From positions 20,073 through 84,072 of the forward strand of contig DIRT01000037.1 in assembly GCA_002427605.1 (NCBI GenBank): DNA of 64,000 bases, read 5' to 3'. Of the stretch, positions 57,459 to 64,000 are shown one piece after another. Under the pieces are notes generated by a model. That model was not told where the DNA came from. It did no database searches and saw only the letters and a list, made by a program, of their open reading frames with translations. A program made the translations under genes and the position numbers. Numbering within the stretch: position 1 is the stretch's first letter; each line of letters begins with the position of its first letter. Source of the DNA: Bacteroidales bacterium UBA5429. GTDB taxonomy: Bacteria > Bacteroidota > Bacteroidia > Bacteroidales > WCHB1-69.

Positions 57459-58010
57459 ATGAATAATATTTCAGACGATCAAATTCTTGAACTTTTTGCT
57501 TCTGAAAAAAATAAGGAGAAAGCGTTTGGTATGCTGATGCGTAAATATAATATGAATATTTATCAAACAGCACGCCGAATTGTTTATGTTCATGAAGATG
57601 CGGATGATATTACTCAAAATGTGTTGATTAAAATATGGAACAATCTCTCCTCTTTTAGAGGTGATTCCTCCCTTAAAACATGGATTACCAGAATCTCTGT
57701 GAATGAGTCGTTGACCTTTGTTGAAAAAAAGAAAAGAATGCTTCAATTGGATGATGAAGAGTATGTAACCAGGATTCTGAACTCAATTCCTGATGCTGAA
57801 CAATCTATTTCCAGTGAACAAATAGTTGAGTTAATACAGAAAGGAATTCAATCTTTGCCTGAAAAACAAAGAGTGGTTTTTACTTTACGTTACTATGATG
57901 AGATGCCTTATGAAGAGATGTCTAAGGTTTTAGGAACATCTGTCGGAGCATTGAAAACATCTTATCATTTTGCAGTAAAAAAGATTGAAGAATTTATAGA
58001 AAGACATTAA
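57459..58010 (+). CDS. ECF-type RNA polymerase sigma-70 factor
   Basis: Region 2 (DADDITQNVLIKIW) and region 4 (LPEKQRVVFTLRYYDEMPYEEMSKVLGTSVGALK). Confidence 0.88.
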   Translation: MNNISDDQILELFASEKNKEKAFGMLMRKYNMNIYQTARRIVYVHEDADDITQNVLIKIWNNLSSFRGDSSLKTWITRISVNESLTFVEKKKRMLQLDDEEYVTRILNSIPDAEQSISSEQIVELIQKGIQSLPEKQRVVFTLRYYDEMPYEEMSKVLGTSVGALKTSYHFAVKKIEEFIERH

Positions 58011-58057
58011 ACTTTTGCAAAATAAAGTAGTCCATAATACGATAGAAGGTAAAACTA

Positions 58058-58594
58058 ATGACAAACAATATCGATAAATATAGAAAACAATCTGATTTTA
58101 CAGCTCCGGAAGGCTATTATGAGGAACTGTATGAAAAAATGATGAATAAAATAGCGAAAAAGGGAAAAACTATTTTGTTTACTCGTCGCTCTTTGCTTTA
58201 TTCATTGGTAGGTGGGGCTATCGCCGCAGCTGTGGCTCTATTGATTGTTTTTAATCTTTCCATATTTACAACTCATAATCCTCAAACTCAAACTCAAACT
58301 ACTCCGTTATTACTTGTTGAAGAAACCGGGGAAACCCCTGAGGTTAATACAACAACAATTGTTGAGAGACAAGAGAGTGCTCAGGTTTTATTGGCTGATA
58401 ACAAATCGAGTTCCTCAAAAGCAGAGGATAGATCAACGCAATCCGATAAAACTCTATTGATTTCGGATAATGAAGAGGAGCCTGTCCGGTTGGATGATCT
58501 TTCTTATTCTGTTATTGAATTTTATAATGATGCTGCCCTAGATAATCTATTCCAGGAAACTATGATGGATTTAGAATGTTACGTAGATTTTTAA
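58058..58594 (+). CDS. putative anti-sigma factor (single TM)
   Basis: Position after the ECF sigma gene, one TM (LVGGAIAAAVALLIVF), low-complexity periplasmic part. Confidence 0.5.
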   Translation: MTNNIDKYRKQSDFTAPEGYYEELYEKMMNKIAKKGKTILFTRRSLLYSLVGGAIAAAVALLIVFNLSIFTTHNPQTQTQTTPLLLVEETGETPEVNTTTIVERQESAQVLLADNKSSSSKAEDRSTQSDKTLLISDNEEEPVRLDDLSYSVIEFYNDAALDNLFQETMMDLECYVDF

Positions 58595-58604
58595 TGAATA
58601 ATTT

Positions 58605-59120
58605 ATGAAATCACATATATTTTACTTTTTGGTTTCTATTCTTAGCATTACTTTGATTTCAACAGGTAAGCTTTGCGCACAACAAAAGGATACTACATGT
58701 TGTATCCATAATGAGACTCAGACACATGAACAGTGTCAGTCGATTATGAAAATAAAAAAAGATTATATTCAGAAAAATTTAGTCTTGACAGAAGCTGAAA
58801 GCCTCAAGTTTTGGCCTATTTATAATGAATATTTAAGACAAGAAGCTTCGATATACGATTCACACCGATATACACTCGATAATATTAAAATTAAAGGAGG
58901 AAGGTTGAACCTTTCTGAAGCATCAGATGAAGAGATTTTATTCTATTTGGATCAATACTATAAAACACGTGAGGCAACTACTTCCCTCGAAAAACAACTC
59001 TATTTAGATCTGAAAAATGTTTTAAAACCTGAGACTTTATACAATTTTCTACAGATTGAAAGGTCTTTTAAATCTCGGGTAAGGGAGAAATCAAAGGGTG
59101 CTTGTCCTAGATCTCGCTAG
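58605..59120 (+). CDS. secreted helical protein, third gene of the ECF module (Spy/CpxP-like sensor possible)
   Basis: Signal peptide; LTEAESLKFWPIYNEYLRQE pattern. Confidence 0.5.
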   Translation: MKSHIFYFLVSILSITLISTGKLCAQQKDTTCCIHNETQTHEQCQSIMKIKKDYIQKNLVLTEAESLKFWPIYNEYLRQEASIYDSHRYTLDNIKIKGGRLNLSEASDEEILFYLDQYYKTREATTSLEKQLYLDLKNVLKPETLYNFLQIERSFKSRVREKSKGACPRSR

Positions 59121-59179
59121 GAAAAAGCCCTTTTTTTGAAAAAAATAGCAAACTCCTATTTTTGCATTGTTTTTTTTTG

Positions 59180-59187
59180 TACTTTTG
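59180..59187 (+). promoter_or_regulatory. -7 box tacttttg for the str operon
   Basis: 58 nt upstream of ATG 59245. Confidence 0.55.
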
Positions 59188-59244
59188 CAGTCCCAAAAAA
59201 AGGGTCGAATTTATTGTAAATTAAAAGATTAAATTTTAGATTGT

Positions 59245-59625
59245 ATGCCAACAATACAACAGTTAGTAAGAAAAGGAAGAAAAAGTTTGACTTCGCAAAG
59301 TAAGTCAAGAGCGTTGGACAATTGTCCCCAAAGACGCGGCGTTTGTTTGAGAGTGTATACTACTACTCCTAAAAAACCTAACTCTGCTATGCGTAAAGTA
59401 GCGAGAGTACGTTTAACTAATGGTAAAGAAGTGAATGCCTACATCCCAGGTGAAGGACACAACTTACAAGAACACAGTATCGTTCTGGTTAGAGGTGGTC
59501 GTGTGAAAGATTTACCCGGTGTAAGATACCATATCGTTAGAGGTGCTTTAGACTCTGCAGGTGTTAATGATAGAGTGCAAGGTAGAAGTAAGTATGGAAC
59601 TAAACGTCCTAAGAAAAAAGCTTAA
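59245..59625 (+). CDS. rpsL: 30S ribosomal protein S12
   Basis: [12 protein letters not shown]...[16 protein letters not shown]. Confidence 0.98.
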   Translation: MPTIQQLVRKGRKSLTSQSKSRALDNCPQRRGVCLRVYTTTPKKPNSAMRKVARVRLTNGKEVNAYIPGEGHNLQEHSIVLVRGGRVKDLPGVRYHIVRGALDSAGVNDRVQGRSKYGTKRPKKKA

Positions 59626-59715
59626 TACTCTAAAAAATTAAATTGTTAATGGGATAACATATTATAATATTGTATATCCGATAGTAAATAACCATTTTAT
59701 TGAAGTTACAAAGAA

Positions 59716-60183
59716 ATGAGAAAAGCAAAACCAAAAAAAAGAATTATTTTACCAGATCCAAAATATAATGATGTACTGGTAACTAAATTTGTCAATAATC
59801 TGATGTTAGATGGAAAAAAAGCAACCGCTTTTTCTATTTTTTATGAAGCATTGGATATTATTGAAGATAAATTAAAAGAAAATCCACTGGAAGTGTGGAA
59901 AAAAGGATTAGCTAATATTACACCGGCTATCGAAGTGAAAAGTAGAAGAATTGGAGGTGCCTCTTTCCAAATTCCCACAGAATTACGCCCCGAACGTAAA
60001 CAATCGGTTGGGATGAAAAATTTAATCTTATTTGCACGTAAAAGACACGAAAAAACAATGGCTAGTAAATTAGCTGCTGAAATTATGGCTGCATATAAAG
60101 AGGAAGGTGCAGCATTCAAAAGAAAAGAAGATATTCATAGAATGGCAGAAGCGAATAAAGCGTTTGCTCATTTTAGATTTTAA
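59716..60183 (+). CDS. rpsG: 30S ribosomal protein S7
   Basis: [19 protein letters not shown]..., ends in AFAHFRF. Confidence 0.98.
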   Translation: MRKAKPKKRIILPDPKYNDVLVTKFVNNLMLDGKKATAFSIFYEALDIIEDKLKENPLEVWKKGLANITPAIEVKSRRIGGASFQIPTELRPERKQSVGMKNLILFARKRHEKTMASKLAAEIMAAYKEEGAAFKRKEDIHRMAEANKAFAHFRF

Positions 60184-60212
60184 TAATTACTCTCTCCGTT
60201 GTACTCCTTTCT

Positions 60213-62312
60213 ATGAGATCTGAAGAATTACTTAAGATTAGAAATATTGGGATCATGGCTCATATCGATGCCGGGAAAACTACTACTACGGAGAGAATAT
60301 TGTTTTATACCGGGAAGAATTATAAGATTGGTGAAGTGGATGAAGGTACGGCTACTATGGATTGGATGGTGCAGGAGCAGGAGAGAGGAATTACCATTAC
60401 AAGTGCCGCAACAACAGTGTACTGGGATTGCCAGTCAGAAAACTATAAAATCAACATTATTGATACACCCGGACACGTTGATTTTACAGTTGAAGTTGAA
60501 CGTTCTTTGAGAATATTGGATGGAGCTGTTGTTCTTTTTTGTGCAGTAGGTGGAGTGGAAGCTCAATCTGAAACAGTGTGGAGACAAGCTACAAAATATA
60601 ATGTGCCCAGAATCTGCTACGTAAATAAAATGGATAGATCAGGTGCTAACTTTAATGCTGTCTTAAAACAGATTAGTGATAGATTGGATGCAGTACCTGT
60701 GGCTATTCAATTGCCGATTGGAGCTGAAGAGGATTTTATAGGTGTTGTGGACCTAGTCGAAATGAAAGCCTATGAGTGGTTGGAAGATAACCTCGGTGTG
60801 GAATTCTTTGAGATTCCTATTCCCCAAGCTATGATGGAAGAGGTGGAAGAGTATAGAATCAAGTTGATCGAAAAACTAGCAGAGTTGGATGAAGAACTCA
60901 TGATTAAATATTTCGATGCACCTGAGACTATTACAGCTGATGAATTGTTTGCTCTCTTGAGAAAAGCGACAATCGCCGGAAGAATTAATCCCGTTCTGTG
61001 TGGATCATCATACAGAAATAAAGGTGTTCAGAAGTTGTTGGATGCGATCATAAGATATCTCCCCTCACCAGCTGATATGCCATCTGCAAAGGGTGTGAAC
61101 CCCAGAACTGAAGCGGAAGAGATTAGAGCAATGGATGATAAGGCACCTTTCGCAGCTGTCGTTTTTAAAATCTTAACAGATCCTTACGTGGGTAAACTTA
61201 CTTTTGTTAAAGTTTATTCCGGAAAGCTAAATACAGGTGAAACAGTCTATAATGTTACAACCGGTAAACGCGAGAGAGTTGCTAAAATTCTAGAAATGCA
61301 CTCGAGTAAACAATTTCAACTAGATTCTGTTATTGCAGGAGATATTGTTGCATTTGTAGGGATGAAAGAAGTGAGAACAGGGGATACCCTATGTGATGAA
61401 AAACATCAGGTGAGACTTGAGAATATCTCATTCCCGGAACCGGTAATTCAAATTGCAGTTGAGCCCAAAACAAGAGATGATGAGGATAAATTACTTCAAT
61501 CTTTGAGTAAACTTTCAGAAGAGGATCCCACTTTTGTAGTTCAACAAAATGAAGAGTTGGGACAGTTATTGATTGGTGGAATGGGGGAACTGCATTTAGA
61601 AGTACTGTTGGATCGGTTGAAAAGAGAGTTTCATGTTTCATGTAATCATGGAAAACCTCGGGTGGCTTATAAAGAAGCATTGGTGAATGAAATTTTTCAT
61701 ACCGAAACCTTTAAAAGACAAACCGGAGGCAAAGGCTCTTATGCGCAAATTAAAATTCAGATTGAACCAACAGACCTTACAAAGAAAGGTCTGCAGTTGA
61801 ATGATCAAACCAAGGGTGGGGTAATGACAAAAGAGTACCTTTCAGGATTGGAAAAAGGCTTTTCTATTGCAATGAATAATGCGAAATATGGATTTCCATT
61901 GGAGTCTTTACAAGTTAACTTGTTGGATGCTGATGCGCATGTAGTTGACTCAGATGCCATGGCTTTTGAAATTTGTGCAAAAATTGCATTTCGTGAAGCG
62001 GTTAGAAATTCAGAAACAATCATTCTGGAACCTATTATGAATGTAGAGATAGTTACTCCGGATGAGTTTATTGGAAATATAACCAGTGATTTGAATAGAA
62101 AAAGAGCAATAGTTGAAAAAGTAGACGCTAAAATTGGTTATCAGGTTATTAAAGCTCAAGTGCCATTAGCCGAAATGTTTGGCTATGTTACCGGTCTAAG
62201 ATCTATATCAACCGGAAGAGCAACCTATAGTATGGAATTCTTGAAATATGCAAGAGTTCCTGATGAGATTCAAGAAGATATTATTACAAAAGGAAGATTT
62301 GCTTTACTGTAA
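60213..62312 (+). CDS. fusA: elongation factor G
   Basis: [30 protein letters not shown], 699 aa. Confidence 0.98.
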   Translation: MRSEELLKIRNIGIMAHIDAGKTTTTERILFYTGKNYKIGEVDEGTATMDWMVQEQERGITITSAATTVYWDCQSENYKINIIDTPGHVDFTVEVERSLRILDGAVVLFCAVGGVEAQSETVWRQATKYNVPRICYVNKMDRSGANFNAVLKQISDRLDAVPVAIQLPIGAEEDFIGVVDLVEMKAYEWLEDNLGVEFFEIPIPQAMMEEVEEYRIKLIEKLAELDEELMIKYFDAPETITADELFALLRKATIAGRINPVLCGSSYRNKGVQKLLDAIIRYLPSPADMPSAKGVNPRTEAEEIRAMDDKAPFAAVVFKILTDPYVGKLTFVKVYSGKLNTGETVYNVTTGKRERVAKILEMHSSKQFQLDSVIAGDIVAFVGMKEVRTGDTLCDEKHQVRLENISFPEPVIQIAVEPKTRDDEDKLLQSLSKLSEEDPTFVVQQNEELGQLLIGGMGELHLEVLLDRLKREFHVSCNHGKPRVAYKEALVNEIFHTETFKRQTGGKGSYAQIKIQIEPTDLTKKGLQLNDQTKGGVMTKEYLSGLEKGFSIAMNNAKYGFPLESLQVNLLDADAHVVDSDAMAFEICAKIAFREAVRNSETIILEPIMNVEIVTPDEFIGNITSDLNRKRAIVEKVDAKIGYQVIKAQVPLAEMFGYVTGLRSISTGRATYSMEFLKYARVPDEIQEDIITKGRFALL

Positions 62313-62347
62313 AATAAAAATTATAAAATTTCATAATTAAATATAAA

Positions 62348-62662
62348 ATGAGCCACAGAATTAGAATTAAATTAAAATCTTTCGACCACACATTGGTCGA
62401 TAAATCAGCAGAAAAGATTGTTAAAACAATTAATGCTGTTAGAGAGGATAAAGTTGTCTTGGTTGGACCTATTCCTCTTCCTACTCAAAAGAAAATATTC
62501 ACAGTGAATAGAGCTACATTTGTGAATAAAAAAGCGAGAGAACAATTCCAACTTTCAACCTACAAAAGATTGTTGGATATTTATGGAACAACATCTAAAA
62601 CAATCGATGCATTGATGAAACTGGAATTACCTAGTGGAGTTGATGTTGAGATTAAAGTGTGA
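62348..62662 (+). CDS. rpsJ: 30S ribosomal protein S10
   Basis: [21 protein letters not shown]. Confidence 0.97.
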   Translation: MSHRIRIKLKSFDHTLVDKSAEKIVKTINAVREDKVVLVGPIPLPTQKKIFTVNRATFVNKKAREQFQLSTYKRLLDIYGTTSKTIDALMKLELPSGVDVEIKV

Positions 62663-62735
62663 TGAAATAGCTTAGTTTAACTATGTATAACAATTAAAAG
62701 CGAAAATCGCGAAAAAATAATTAAATCATTTAAAA

Positions 62736-63365
62736 ATGTCAGGATTAATAGGAAAAAAAATTGGGATGACTAGCGTCTATGATGCCTCTGGCAAGATCGT
62801 GCCATGCACTGTTATCGAAGCTGGTCCTTGCGTAGTAACGCAAGTTAAAACCGTCGAAAAAGACGGTTATGAAGCCATCCAATTAGCATTCGATGAAAAG
62901 AAAGAGAAGAAGACTAACAAAGCAATGAAAGGACACTTTGAGAAAGCAGGAACTACTCCTAAAAGAATTCTCAGAGAATTTTCACGTTTTGAGGCCGGTA
63001 ATAGAAAAGCTTTCGGAGAAGTTTTGGATGTTTCTATATTTGTAGAAGGTGAATATATTGACGTTAGCGGTATTTCTAAAGGAAAAGGATTTCAAGGTGT
63101 AATGAGACGTCATGGTTTTGGTGGTGTGGGTGAATCAACTCACGGACAGCATAACCGCTTAAGAGCTCCCGGTTCATTGGCAGCTTCATCTTGGCCTTCA
63201 AGAGTAATGAAAGGTAAGAAAATGGCCGGAAGAACAGGTGGAAAAAAGGTGAAAATGATCAACCTTGAAATTGTTAAAATTGTACAAGAGAAAAATTTAT
63301 TGTTAGTAAAAGGTTCAGTTCCAGGACCTAATGGTTCATATTTAATTATTGAGAGATGGAGTTAA
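62736..63365 (+). CDS. rplC: 50S ribosomal protein L3
   Basis: [14 protein letters not shown]...[15 protein letters not shown]. Confidence 0.97.
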   Translation: MSGLIGKKIGMTSVYDASGKIVPCTVIEAGPCVVTQVKTVEKDGYEAIQLAFDEKKEKKTNKAMKGHFEKAGTTPKRILREFSRFEAGNRKAFGEVLDVSIFVEGEYIDVSGISKGKGFQGVMRRHGFGGVGESTHGQHNRLRAPGSLAASSWPSRVMKGKKMAGRTGGKKVKMINLEIVKIVQEKNLLLVKGSVPGPNGSYLIIERWS

Positions 63366-63985
63366 AAGTATATAAAATTGACGGAAGCGAATCATCAAAG
63401 GTGATTACATTGAATGAACGTATTTTTAATGTAGAACCCAATGATCACGCAATTTGGCTTGATGTTAAACATTATTTAGCCAATCAAAGACAAGGTACGC
63501 ACGATACGCTAGAGAAATCTACAATTTCAGGAAGTACCAGAAAGTTAAAAAGACAAAAAGGAACAGGTGGTGCACGTGCAGGTAGTATCAAAAATCCTTT
63601 ATTTAGAGGTGGAGCTACTGTTTTTGGACCACATCCAAGAGATTATAGCTTTAAATTGAATAAAAAAATTAAGAGATTAGCTCGTTTTTCCGCTTTGTCA
63701 TATAAAGCTAAAGATCAGAAGATTTTAGTATTGGAAGATTTAGCACTAGAGAATCCTAAAACTAAGACAATGATTGAATTGCTTAAAACATTTAACCTTC
63801 AGGGAGTGAAAACATTATTCCTTGTGAATAATGAAAACAAGAATGTATATCTTTCTACTCGTAATATCCCTAAAGCTAAAGTGTTAAGAGCTAGAGACGT
63901 GAATACATACGATGTATTGAATGCAAATCAACTCGTTATCTTTGAAAACAGTTTTCCTGAATTCGAAGTAATGATTAATGATTAA
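63356..63985 (+). CDS. rplD: 50S ribosomal protein L4
   Basis: [28 protein letters not shown]. Confidence 0.97.
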   Translation: MELKVYKIDGSESSKVITLNERIFNVEPNDHAIWLDVKHYLANQRQGTHDTLEKSTISGSTRKLKRQKGTGGARAGSIKNPLFRGGATVFGPHPRDYSFKLNKKIKRLARFSALSYKAKDQKILVLEDLALENPKTKTMIELLKTFNLQGVKTLFLVNNENKNVYLSTRNIPKAKVLRARDVNTYDVLNANQLVIFENSFPEFEVMIND

Positions 63986-64000
63986 TTTTTTATAACTATT

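Overview
AT-rich chromosomal segment with Bacteroidota hallmarks (probably Flavobacteriia or Cytophagia-like). These are TAnnTTTG promoter boxes before most operons, DUF1573 and GldM-C-like proteins, a tmRNA tag ending in YAIAA, and a flexirubin-type operon. All calls rest on motifs I recognise by eye, with no database search. Housekeeping content: tyrS (3' end), nfeD-floA, yebC, miaA, tcdA, zapA-like, a 6S RNA candidate, rny, aroQ, tmRNA, rmuC, tRNA-Ser(GCU), lpxD-lpxC, secA, an ECF sigma module, and the start of the str/S10 ribosomal operons (rpsL, rpsG, fusA, rpsJ, rplC, rplD). Accessory content: (1) a 24-gene, 23.4 kb single-strand aryl-polyene/flexirubin-type operon (22343-45719). It carries unusual additions (two B12-radical-SAM enzymes, a CrtI-like flavoprotein, an MMPL-acyltransferase-methyltransferase-like fusion, a polyprenyl-P-type GT2 with an ArnE-like flippase, a PaaK-like ligase) and has no dialkylresorcinol genes. 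(2) A solitary 1220-aa type IIG restriction-modification enzyme. (3) An 818-aa four-domain sulfur-trafficking fusion. The intergenic DNA is unusually structured. It contains a four-copy two-box element (GAGTGGGG, 37-40 nt spacer, CTGCCCCCC plus T-run), 7-bp-period CGAA-core arrays (up to 17 heptads in register), a GC-rich GTAG(A/G)G(A/G)C hairpin family, and an apparent excess of G6-7/C6-7 polypurine tracts. I recognised no rRNA, CRISPR array, transposase or integrase.
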